57,253 nt of DNA, taken from positions 1 to 57,253 of the forward strand of contig JAOPTW010000005.1 in NCBI GenBank assembly GCA_051532035.1, read 5' to 3'. Position 1 is the stretch's first letter. The number at the start of each line of letters is the position of its first letter. The position numbers and the translations under genes are program-made. Positions 28,586 through 37,805 of this stretch are shown here, in pieces. Source of the DNA: Fibrobacterales bacterium (GTDB lineage Bacteria; Fibrobacterota; Fibrobacteria; Fibrobacterales; JAOPTW01). The notes beneath the pieces were generated by a model, which had not been told where the DNA came from, did no database searches, and worked only from the letters and a program-made list of their open reading frames with translations.

Positions 28586-29803
28586 ATGCTTCTCAATCTA
28601 GCTTTTGTCATAATAATTGCACTTGGGTTCTCTACCCTTTTTACTCGATTTCGCCTCCCTGGGCTCCTTGGCATGATACTCACAGGGGCTCTTCTCGGAC
28701 CTTATGCGCAAAAAGCACTCATTGCTCACTACAATATATCAATACTCAACCCCCTTTTCATATCTGAGACTCTTATTAATCTCTCATCCGAGCTCAGAAC
28801 TCTTGCACTCATTGTTATTCTAATTCGTGCAGGACTGGGTATCAACCGCAAAAGCCTTAATACCATTGGTATACACGCAGCAAAAATGAGCGTCATTCCT
28901 GGACTTCTTGAAGGAGCCGCAGTACTCGCTATTAGTATGCTCTATCTCAATCTTCCACTTTTTGAAGCCGGTATGCTTGGGTTTATTATCGCTGCGGTCT
29001 CCCCTGCCGTTATAGTGCCTTCAATGCTTACACTCATGGAATCTGGTCTGGGTAAAGCCAAGGCAATTCCCACCCTCATTCTCGCAGGAGCAAGTGTTGA
29101 TGATGTGGTTGCTATTACACTTTTTGGTGGATTTCTTGGAGCGGCAACCGGGACAAGTACCTCTTTTTTAGCACTGGGCCTTACTATACCTCTGAGTATT
29201 ATACTCGGATTAGTAACGGGTGCACTGATTGGTCTTCTGCTTGTCACATTATTTAAAAAGTACCATATGAGAGATACCAAAAAAGTAATTCTCTTTTTAG
29301 TCATTGCAGTTCTCTACCACTCCCTAGAATCAATCATTCCAATTGCAACTCTCATAGGTATTATGGCAATTGGTTTTATGATACTTGAAAAATATGACTC
29401 TCTTGCTAAAAGACTTGCAACGAAATTCAATAAGGTGTGGGTACTTGCAGAGATTATACTGTTTGTTTTAATTGGAGCACAGGTAAACATACTGGTTGCC
29501 GCTGAAGCCGGTCTGATTGGTTTGGGAATTATATCACTCGGACTTATAGCACGCTCAATGGGCGTCTGGATTTCACTGATAGGATCTGACCTCAACAAAA
29601 AAGAGAAACTTTTTTGTACAATCGCCTACACCCCTAAAGCCACCGTTCAAGCAGCAATTGGCGCTATCCCTCTTTCAATGGGTGTACCTTCTGGCGAACT
29701 CATTCTCGCACTTGCTGTTTTAAGCATCATTGTTACAGCCCCTCTTGGCGCCATTGGCATCTCTATCAGTGCTCCCCATTTACTAGAAAAAGAACCTGTT
29801 TAA
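28586..29803 (+). CDS. Cation:proton antiporter (CPA, NHA2/SLC9B-like)
   Basis: About 12 TMs; ILIRAGL, AVSPAV, GASVDDV, PKATVQAAIG. Confidence 0.9.
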   Translation: MLLNLAFVIIIALGFSTLFTRFRLPGLLGMILTGALLGPYAQKALIAHYNISILNPLFISETLINLSSELRTLALIVILIRAGLGINRKSLNTIGIHAAKMSVIPGLLEGAAVLAISMLYLNLPLFEAGMLGFIIAAVSPAVIVPSMLTLMESGLGKAKAIPTLILAGASVDDVVAITLFGGFLGAATGTSTSFLALGLTIPLSIILGLVTGALIGLLLVTLFKKYHMRDTKKVILFLVIAVLYHSLESIIPIATLIGIMAIGFMILEKYDSLAKRLATKFNKVWVLAEIILFVLIGAQVNILVAAEAGLIGLGIISLGLIARSMGVWISLIGSDLNKKEKLFCTIAYTPKATVQAAIGAIPLSMGVPSGELILALAVLSIIVTAPLGAIGISISAPHLLEKEPV

Positions 29804-29902
29804 CATTTCTGTTACAGAGTATCACATAAAAGATACGTTGGTAAAAACCATGGTCTTATAAGGTCTACCTCTGTAAAAGTAACTATACCAAATGAGGAAC
29901 AT

Positions 29903-31192
29903 ATGAAAATAGCTGTTGTATCTGACATTCATTTAGGAGCCCCCAATTGTGCCCTTGTGGTGTGTGACGAAGGGAGCTGTAGGGTTGCGTCAAAATACCA
30001 GAAGTTTAAAGAGGCTTTGGGGACCCACAATGATTACCTCATTATTTTAGGAGACCTCTTTGACATTGCAGTTCGCGACTATGAAAGCGTGTATGAAATA
30101 TCTTCCTTCTTTTTTCACCGTTTACACCTCGACTCAATAGCAAAACAGATAATCTATGTCCCCGGCAATCACGACTATAGTATTTGGCATACCATAGAAC
30201 ATCAGATAAATGTAATCAATCGACTTGATAACAATAAGTTACCACGGCAATTCAAGCAGAGTGTCCCGGGCCTCCTTGACCTCCGTAGTGCTAGTACTCA
30301 CCAGTCTCTCATTCTAAAAGGGCTGCGTAAGAACCAAGGCGAAACGCCCTATGGTGATATTTACTTAAAAAATATATCATCACTCGGCTCTCCTGATGGA
30401 CCCACTCCAACAATTTTTAATGTTGCCTACCCAAACCTCTATCTTGCAACAGACGAGGGCACCGTCCTCTTTACGCATGGTCAATATTTTGAGCCCTATT
30501 GGAATCTCGCCAGCGAGTGGTTACCCAAAATTTGTAAAGATGACCCTACGGTAGGTAATGCACTTGAACACCTCACTATGAAAGAGGCTGTCGCCATTAA
30601 CTTCCCCCTATCGCAACTAGGGTCCAGCGGCTTTGGGCAAGCGGGAATATTTACTACTGTCATTCGACAACTGCAAGAAGATGTTACATCAAAAGATGGC
30701 TCACTCATTCGTTCATATATAGCCAATCTCATAAATAGTATTCATCTCGATAAGGGTACCAATTTTTTAAAAAAAGCAATTCTTTGGTTTGCCAAAAAAT
30801 ATTTAATCGAATTTATACAAAACAAAGTTACAACTGCAATTAAAGCAGATCATACTACTATCTATGACGAACTCCTCAGCAACGACCCTACAACATCTCA
30901 GCGGTTTGCTAGATTCATGGAACGTTCAGAAGATGAATTGAGTGAATTCTTAGCTGAAGAGTGTATAAAAGAGGTCCCGACTCACATATCAAACCTTGTT
31001 TTTGGCCATACCCATATGCCTATTCCTATGGGGGAACCAAATCATCAATTTCAATCAAAGAGTGGAACTGTTGCATTTTCAAACACCGGAGGGTGGGTCT
31101 TTGAAGATACCCTTCCGGGAGCCCCTTTTTGCGGAGCAGAAGTGATACATTATGAAAGTGGTAAAGGGTTTAAAAATACCACAGTATCCTGA
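29903..31192 (+). CDS. Calcineurin-like metallophosphoesterase
   Basis: SDIHLG, GDLFD, PGNHD, THG, FGHTH, NTGGW. Confidence 0.85.
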   Translation: MKIAVVSDIHLGAPNCALVVCDEGSCRVASKYQKFKEALGTHNDYLIILGDLFDIAVRDYESVYEISSFFFHRLHLDSIAKQIIYVPGNHDYSIWHTIEHQINVINRLDNNKLPRQFKQSVPGLLDLRSASTHQSLILKGLRKNQGETPYGDIYLKNISSLGSPDGPTPTIFNVAYPNLYLATDEGTVLFTHGQYFEPYWNLASEWLPKICKDDPTVGNALEHLTMKEAVAINFPLSQLGSSGFGQAGIFTTVIRQLQEDVTSKDGSLIRSYIANLINSIHLDKGTNFLKKAILWFAKKYLIEFIQNKVTTAIKADHTTIYDELLSNDPTTSQRFARFMERSEDELSEFLAEECIKEVPTHISNLVFGHTHMPIPMGEPNHQFQSKSGTVAFSNTGGWVFEDTLPGAPFCGAEVIHYESGKGFKNTTVS

Positions 31193-31215
31193 AATTTACA
31201 TACACATTTTTTATA

Positions 31216-31257
31216 AAAAAATAACGGCTAGAAGAAATTCTTCTAGCCGTTATTTTT
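31216..31257. terminator. Bidirectional terminator between the phosphoesterase gene and glyA
   Basis: AAAAATAACGGCTAGAAGAA-A-TTCTTCTAGCCGTTATTTTT. Confidence 0.9.
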
Positions 31258-31271
31258 ATTTAGTTCGTCTC

Positions 31272-32510
31272 TTATTTGTAGAGAGGAAATTTGATACAGA
31301 GATCTTTTACTGTTTGACGAATAACAGCAAGCTTTGCTTCATCTTCGCCACAATCTAAGGCATCACAAATTGCATTTGCAATTACTTCCATTTCCGGAGC
31401 ACCCATATCACGAGTAGTTACTGCTGCGGTACCAAGACGCACACCAGATGGTGAGAATGGTGAACGTGGATCAAATGGAACTGTTGAACGTGATGTAGAA
31501 ATACCAACTTCATCAAGAATCTGCTCAGCTTTTTTACCTGGAATTTCTTTAGATGCAAAGGTATCCATTATCATTAGATGATTGTCTGTACCACCAGAAA
31601 TAATTTTGATACCACGTGCCTGAATCACTTCAGCCATTTTTTGTGCATTAGTAATAACATTTTTTGCATATACTTGAAACGATGGATCAAGTGCTTCTTG
31701 AAATGCAACTGCCTTTGCAGCAGTTACGTTATCATGCGGTCCACCTTGAAGGCCAGGGAATACTGCACGGTCAATTGCCTTTGCATGCTCTTCTTTACAC
31801 ATAATAATTGCACCACGTGGTCCACGGAGTGTTTTGTGTGTAGTCGTTGTTACCACGTCAAAAAATGGAACAGGATTTTCAATTGCTTTACCAGCAATAA
31901 GACCAGCAATATGTGCAATATCAGCAAAAGTAATTGCGCCAACTTCGTCAGCTATTTCTTTAAATTTCTTCCAGTCAATATCACGTGAATATGCCGAGAA
32001 ACCAGCAAGAATCATTTTTGGCTTTTCTTTAAGGGCGATTTCGCGAACTTTTTCCATATCAATACGGCCAGACTCTTGATCTACTTCGTACTGTACGAAA
32101 TCATAAAGTTTCCCTGAAAAGTTTACTGGGTGACCATGTGAAAGGTGTCCACCATGATCGAGTTTAAGACCAAGTACTTTGTCGCCAGGCTCAATCATAG
32201 CAAAGTATACTGCAGTGTTTGCTGGAGACCCAGAAAGTGCTTGTACATTTACATGCTCAGCTCCAAAAAGCTCTTTAGCACGGTCGATAGCCATTTGTTC
32301 AACTTCATCAATAACTTCATTACCACCGTAATAACGTTTACCAACATAGCCTTCAGAGTATTTATTCGTTAGGCACGTACCGAGTGCCTCCATAACAGCT
32401 TTTGATGCGTAGTTCTCTGATGCAATCAGTTCAATACCATACTCCTGGCGCTCCTCTTCTTTAGTGATAAGATTCGCGAGATCGGCATCCTGGTTTTGTA
32501 ATAAACTCAT
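31272..32510 (-). CDS. glyA: Serine hydroxymethyltransferase
   Basis: ELIASEN, NKYSEGY, GGHLSHG, TTTHKTLRGPRG. Confidence 0.98.
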   Translation of the reverse strand: MSLLQNQDADLANLITKEEERQEYGIELIASENYASKAVMEALGTCLTNKYSEGYVGKRYYGGNEVIDEVEQMAIDRAKELFGAEHVNVQALSGSPANTAVYFAMIEPGDKVLGLKLDHGGHLSHGHPVNFSGKLYDFVQYEVDQESGRIDMEKVREIALKEKPKMILAGFSAYSRDIDWKKFKEIADEVGAITFADIAHIAGLIAGKAIENPVPFFDVVTTTTHKTLRGPRGAIIMCKEEHAKAIDRAVFPGLQGGPHDNVTAAKAVAFQEALDPSFQVYAKNVITNAQKMAEVIQARGIKIISGGTDNHLMIMDTFASKEIPGKKAEQILDEVGISTSRSTVPFDPRSPFSPSGVRLGTAAVTTRDMGAPEMEVIANAICDALDCGEDEAKLAVIRQTVKDLCIKFPLYK

Positions 32511-32571
32511 GTATTTTCCTTTTTGTTATTTTGTATCAATTTTTAAAAGAGCGATATACAATTCAATGTGA

Positions 32572-33780
32572 TTACGTTGTATATTCTGCGTTAATTTTTA
32601 CATACTCATAAGAGAGATCTGTTGTCCAGACACGTGCAGATTCATTTCCCATTCCTAAATCTATCTCAATTGTGTAGCTCACCTCTTTTACATTCTTCTC
32701 TATTCTCTCTAAATTATATGTAATAGGCTGACCACTACTCACGACCTTTACCCCTGCATACTCAATAGCAACTCTCTCAGGGATAATTTGGAATTCACAA
32801 GCTCCGAGCGCTGCGATTACACGGCCCCAATTGGGGTCTTCACCAAAAATGGCTGTTTTTACCAGTTTTGAATTCGCAACAAAACGACCAATATTACGAG
32901 CAACTGATTGATTTACAGCGTTAACAACCTCAATCTCTACACATTTTGTCGCCCCTTCCCCATCTTCGACAATCTTTTTTGCCAAAGTATTGAGTACAAA
33001 CTGGAGCGCCTCACGAAAATCATTTTGATCTGCCTGATCGAGATGTTCATATTTTAGTAAAGAGGCATTATTAGAAAACAAAAAGCAAGTGTCATTAGTA
33101 CTCATATCACCATCTACAGAAATAGAGTTAAATGATTTTTCAATCATCTCTTTATAGGTCTCATGAAACCATTCTGGCAGTTCAATATCGGTGGTGACAA
33201 ATCCAAGCATGGTAGCCATATTGGGGTGAATCATACCAGACCCTTTAGAGGCCCCCCCTATTTTTACTCGATCCCCTGCAATAGATACATCCACAGCACA
33301 TGTTTTCGTTACCGTATCAGTGGTTAGTATTGCCTCAGCAAAATGAATATCCGTATCTGCGAGAGAAGTACACGCTTCTGGAATAGCGTCAGCAACAAGG
33401 CTTAAGTCGAGTTGCTGTCCAATTATCCCTGTAGAACAGGTGACAATACTATTTTGTGGTAATGAAAGGTTTTTCTCGACGTCACGAACAATTTGCCATG
33501 CAGTATCGTACCCTTGCTTACCAGTACAGGCGTTCGCATTTCCTGAATTTACAACAAGTCCATGAATCGCACCATTGTTCTCTTGTAATATCTGTTTTGA
33601 AACTAAAATGGGTGCAGCGGGAAACTGATTTTTTGTAAACACTCCAAAGCATCTACAAGGAGGTTTAGAGTAGATAATCCCTAAATCTTTCGATTTTGAT
33701 GCTTTTATTCCAGCAGTAATACCTGAAGAGGCAAATCCTTTTGGAGTTGAAACTGATCCATTTTCTATAATATCGTACAT
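32572..33780 (-). CDS. argJ: Ornithine acetyltransferase / N-acetylglutamate synthase
   Basis: NSGNANACTG, KGSGMIHPNMATML, DGDMSTND, DGEGATK, YVKINAEYTT. Confidence 0.97.
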   Translation of the reverse strand: MYDIIENGSVSTPKGFASSGITAGIKASKSKDLGIIYSKPPCRCFGVFTKNQFPAAPILVSKQILQENNGAIHGLVVNSGNANACTGKQGYDTAWQIVRDVEKNLSLPQNSIVTCSTGIIGQQLDLSLVADAIPEACTSLADTDIHFAEAILTTDTVTKTCAVDVSIAGDRVKIGGASKGSGMIHPNMATMLGFVTTDIELPEWFHETYKEMIEKSFNSISVDGDMSTNDTCFLFSNNASLLKYEHLDQADQNDFREALQFVLNTLAKKIVEDGEGATKCVEIEVVNAVNQSVARNIGRFVANSKLVKTAIFGEDPNWGRVIAALGACEFQIIPERVAIEYAGVKVVSSGQPITYNLERIEKNVKEVSYTIEIDLGMGNESARVWTTDLSYEYVKINAEYTT

Positions 33781-33922
33781 CTATTCCTGAGCACTGAAGT
33801 ATGAAATATACGCTAAATTTAACATTTATTACTGTAATTTGGGCGCCCGCTGAGTACTATTTAGTAAAAATGAGCCTTCCTCACCTAACTTTAACAGTTT
33901 TATAGTTTTACACAGATCGATT

Positions 33923-33950
33923 TTGACAATTTGGTGCATTTGATTATCTT
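33923..33950 (+). promoter_or_regulatory. Candidate promoter of greA-holA
   Basis: TTGACA-N16-TATCTT. Confidence 0.4.
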
Positions 33951-34034
33951 TAAGCTAACCAAACAAAAGAAAATTATATTGTAATATAAATTACAGTGAA
34001 ATTTCTTTGTGTAAACTGTTAACCAAATGATACT

Positions 34035-34505
34035 ATGAATAACTCGATACCAATGCAGAAAGAGACCTATGACAAGTTAATCAGGGATTTAACTCACCTC
34101 AAAAAAGTTGAGCGTGTAGAAATTATTGATGCGGTGCAAGATGCTCGTGAACAAGGTGATTTGAAAGAAAACGCTGAGTACCATGCTGCCCGTGAAAAAC
34201 AGAGTTATATTGAAGATAAAATTGCTGAAATCGAAGATAAGCTCTCTAGAGCACAAGTCATTGAGCATGATACTGCCAATGCAGATAAAGTCCTTTTTGG
34301 CACCACAGTAAAAGTAAGAAATGTAGATACCGGCAAAGAAGTCGAATACCAGCTTGTCTCACCTGATGCTGTAGATATCCTCAATGGAAAAATATCAAAT
34401 AACTCTCCTATTGGCCGCGCACTTTTAGGTGCCAAAAGAGGCGAAATTGTTGAAGCCCAGATTCCTCGTGGACTCCTTAAATTAGAAATTCAAGATTACA
34501 AGTAA
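34035..34505 (+). CDS. greA: Transcription elongation factor GreA
   Basis: AREQGDLKENAEYHAARE, SPIGRALLG. Confidence 0.97.
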   Translation: MNNSIPMQKETYDKLIRDLTHLKKVERVEIIDAVQDAREQGDLKENAEYHAAREKQSYIEDKIAEIEDKLSRAQVIEHDTANADKVLFGTTVKVRNVDTGKEVEYQLVSPDAVDILNGKISNNSPIGRALLGAKRGEIVEAQIPRGLLKLEIQDYK

Positions 34506-34512
34506 CTAGACA

Positions 34513-35481
34513 ATGATTCGAGCATTTGTAGGGAATGATGGGTTTAAAAAAGAGGCAGCTATTAATGCCGCTGTTAAAGAGTGGCTTGGTGATAGAGCCT
34601 CTGATACCTATGCCCGTACCAATGTATTCCCTGGTGATTCGAACGTAGATGAAAGTGTCGCTCAAAGAGTGTATCAGCTTTGTGAGTCCACTTCTATGTT
34701 TGCCGAAAAAAGTGTTGTTGTACTCTGGAATTTTGAAAAACTAAAGAGTAGTGATCAAGAAGAAATTTTTGAATATGTAAAAAACCCCAATCCTGAAACT
34801 GCTCTTTTTATTGAGGCTGAGAAACTTGATGGTAGGAAAGGGCTTGGCAAATACCTCACCAAAGAGAAACTTCTTCAAAAATTTGAACAACCCTACGCCG
34901 ACAAGATTCCTCCGTGGATTGTACAACAGGCCCGAGATGAATATGGGAAATCCATTTCTATACAGGATGCTCAGTATTTATGGGAGCTCGTTGGGAGCGA
35001 TCTTGCGATTGTCAATAGAGAGTTGCAAAAACTCGCCCTCTATTTAAAAGATGCCCCTACTATCACCGCAGAAGTTTTGCATGAAACTGTAGCATCTCAA
35101 CGAGAGGCCACTGTTTTTGAACTCCAAAATGCTTTTGGTAATCGAGATACCGACAAGGCAATTCTCATTTTAAAATCACTCTTAGAAAGTGGTCAACACC
35201 CTATTCTTTTAACGAACATGCTCTACAAACACTATACTACTCTTCTTATGACCGAATATTTTGTGCGTCATAAAATGGCACCGGATGCTATCGCAAAAGA
35301 GGTCGGTATGAATCCCTATATCTTTAAAAACATCAACAATATCCCCGCTCAATCAAAAAAACGCCCCGCTGCAACATTACGTAGAATATTGATTCGTTTA
35401 GCGGAAATTGAGTGGAAACTCAAACTCGGTGAATTCTCGAAGTTTCATGAATTTGAAACAGCCTTAGTACAGATGATATAA
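34513..35481 (+). CDS. holA: DNA polymerase III delta subunit
   Basis: SMFAEKSVV, KLDGRK, ELVGSDL...ELQKLALY, ATVFEL; typical size. Confidence 0.85.
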   Translation: MIRAFVGNDGFKKEAAINAAVKEWLGDRASDTYARTNVFPGDSNVDESVAQRVYQLCESTSMFAEKSVVVLWNFEKLKSSDQEEIFEYVKNPNPETALFIEAEKLDGRKGLGKYLTKEKLLQKFEQPYADKIPPWIVQQARDEYGKSISIQDAQYLWELVGSDLAIVNRELQKLALYLKDAPTITAEVLHETVASQREATVFELQNAFGNRDTDKAILILKSLLESGQHPILLTNMLYKHYTTLLMTEYFVRHKMAPDAIAKEVGMNPYIFKNINNIPAQSKKRPAATLRRILIRLAEIEWKLKLGEFSKFHEFETALVQMI

Positions 35482-35764
35482 TTGTATTACGGCTCATCAT
35501 TCTACCTTATTATTTCTTAAAAAACTCAATCATCCATAACTAATACCCTTTATTTTAGCCAAAAAAGCGTAAACATGCATCTTTATGTACTTTTAACATA
35601 AAGTTTTGAACAATCTGTAAACAGTTCTTGTTATATTACACTGTATAACCGGCCAATGAACTGATATTTATTGTAGTGCAATATATATTAAGGGGGAAAC
35701 AATTGGCTCAACACCATACATGCCGATATTACCAGCCTCTGCTAGGCACTATTTAGGATATCAT

Positions 35765-37594
35765 ATGAAATATTTATTTCTCATAACCATACCACTCCTT
35801 TTGCTCTATTGTTCAACGGAGCCAGAATCAACATCAAATAGATCTACGATAACAGAAAGCTTTATCAGTGACTTAGAAGATGAATATGATACTGATATTT
35901 CTTCAATTGAAATTACTTTCTATCAGAAAAGTGATAGCTCTGAAATATTCTCAGATTGGTATGACGTTGTTCCTGATCGCGACCTTGTCATTGAAGATGA
36001 GCGTCTTGAGAGTGGCTCTTTTTATAAACAAGTCACAGGGTATCGTAGTGCTGACGATTCAGAAAATAGTTCTGGTCAAAATAATGGCAACAGCTCACAA
36101 TACGACAATGGGAGTTCAGACTACTCTGATACTCGTGACCATGATAGTTCAAGTGAGATCCCTAACAGTGAATCGTCACTCTCATCAGATGACCAGCAAT
36201 CATCTGATGGCGAATCTAAGGAAAGTGATGATACGCAGTCATCAGGTGATGATAAGCCCAAAGAATCTTCTGATGATAAAACACTTCGTCCGTTAGAAGA
36301 ACATGAGCTCTTTCTTTTTGAAAAGACATTTACCGATTTTAGTTTTGGTGGTGGGTGTGAGAAAGACCCAACCCCTTGCCCTATTACATTTGAAAATGGC
36401 GTCTACACATGGAGCTATAATGGACCAGAACTCCCAGCTAAAAAACAATGGGGTGGCATTATGATTACTGAATTTTGGGATGAAGTGACTGAATCACCTC
36501 AAGGCCACTCAACTCTTGGAGCAACATCCATTAAATTCGAAGCACGCTCCCCTGACGGTGGATCTATCAAATTTGTTTCAGGTCTTCACGATGATGCATC
36601 AATTACCATTGCAAATATCTCTTCTGACTGGACAGAATATTCAATTGCATTACCCGATGATTTCACCTATGACTTTATTGATATGGCTCTATCAGTGTGG
36701 CTTGAGGGGACTGATGAAAAAACTATCGAATTTAGAAAGGTCCAATACTCTACTGACCCTGCTATTACCATGTGGACTGAAGACTTTTTGGAAGAGTTTA
36801 ATGATGCAAATAGTTCATTAACAAATTGGAATGGTGCGCCGAGTACTACTTTTTACCGAGAGACCCCTAAAGGCGCTGGGTATGGCGGAATGGGTGAACA
36901 AAATAACCTAACAGAAAGCCCTGCCAATTCTATTGTTGAAGATGGTAAACTTAAAATCATCAATACTCTCGATGGAGGGTCGATTAACTCAGCTCGTATT
37001 ATATCCTCAAAACAGTACACTTATGGAAAATTCGAGGCCAAAATCAAGATGCCCACGGGCCCTAATGGCGTTATGGATGGTGCATCATGGCCATCATTCT
37101 GGCTTCTCGGTCAAGATAGTGACAAAGGCTGCATGCGTGAACACTGGCCATCATGTGGTGAAATAGACATTGTTGAAGCTGGTGGGGCAAAACCAACTGA
37201 GGTATATGGAACCAATCACTGGGGACCTAATGCTGGAGCTGACAAAGCAGACCACGGAGATTTTTATTCTCACTCGGAAGCAATCAATAAAGCGTTTCAT
37301 ACTTATACACTCATTTGGAGCCCTAATAGAATTAGCATGCTTTTTGATGGTGAAGAGTATTTTGGTATGGACCTTACTGGCTATCTAGCAAATGGAACTT
37401 ATTTTGATATAACCGGGTACTTCGCATTTAAAATGGAGATGATCTTATTGAATACTGTAGGATCTGTCGGAGGACTCTTTTATGGTATTCACAATGGTAT
37501 CGTCGACCCTGCTAACTATCCACAAGTTATGGAAATTGATTATGTTGGGCGCTGGAAAAAATGGAATGATAAATGGGCCTATGAAGGGTGGTAG
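35765..37594 (+). CDS. GH16 beta-glucanase (laminarinase-type) lipoprotein with Ser/Asp linker and CBM-like middle domain
   Basis: SARI, YGKFEAKIKMP, WPSFWLLG, WPSCGEIDIVE catalytic motif, FHTYTLIW, MEIDYV; AGGA before ATG 35765. Confidence 0.88.
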   Translation: MKYLFLITIPLLLLYCSTEPESTSNRSTITESFISDLEDEYDTDISSIEITFYQKSDSSEIFSDWYDVVPDRDLVIEDERLESGSFYKQVTGYRSADDSENSSGQNNGNSSQYDNGSSDYSDTRDHDSSSEIPNSESSLSSDDQQSSDGESKESDDTQSSGDDKPKESSDDKTLRPLEEHELFLFEKTFTDFSFGGGCEKDPTPCPITFENGVYTWSYNGPELPAKKQWGGIMITEFWDEVTESPQGHSTLGATSIKFEARSPDGGSIKFVSGLHDDASITIANISSDWTEYSIALPDDFTYDFIDMALSVWLEGTDEKTIEFRKVQYSTDPAITMWTEDFLEEFNDANSSLTNWNGAPSTTFYRETPKGAGYGGMGEQNNLTESPANSIVEDGKLKIINTLDGGSINSARIISSKQYTYGKFEAKIKMPTGPNGVMDGASWPSFWLLGQDSDKGCMREHWPSCGEIDIVEAGGAKPTEVYGTNHWGPNAGADKADHGDFYSHSEAINKAFHTYTLIWSPNRISMLFDGEEYFGMDLTGYLANGTYFDITGYFAFKMEMILLNTVGSVGGLFYGIHNGIVDPANYPQVMEIDYVGRWKKWNDKWAYEGW

Positions 37595-37682
37595 TAGCCT
37601 CCCTTCACTCTTCTGAATAATTGCACATTTGATTGCTCAGAAAACTGTATTCAAGTAAAACTGTTCTTTACAACTCCTTCTT

Positions 37683-37711
37683 AAAAGTGTGACACTGCTC
37701 ACACTTTTTTT
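37683..37711. promoter_or_regulatory. Inverted repeat: terminator of the GH16 gene and/or CRP-type box upstream of tssF
   Basis: AAAAG-TGTGA-CACTGC-TCACA-CTTTTTTT. Confidence 0.55.
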
Positions 37712-37805
37712 ATATAGTCCTTTCAACTCAATCTCCCACCCTGATACCAATGAAATTATCGCTCGTAAATAGTATATTTCTGTTACCAAACCATATTGTT
37801 GAGCT

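Noticed and set aside
36050..36280. Low-complexity gat/tca-rich tract as a tandem repeat locus
   Set aside because: Encodes the Ser/Asp linker of the GH16 protein; no exact repeat unit
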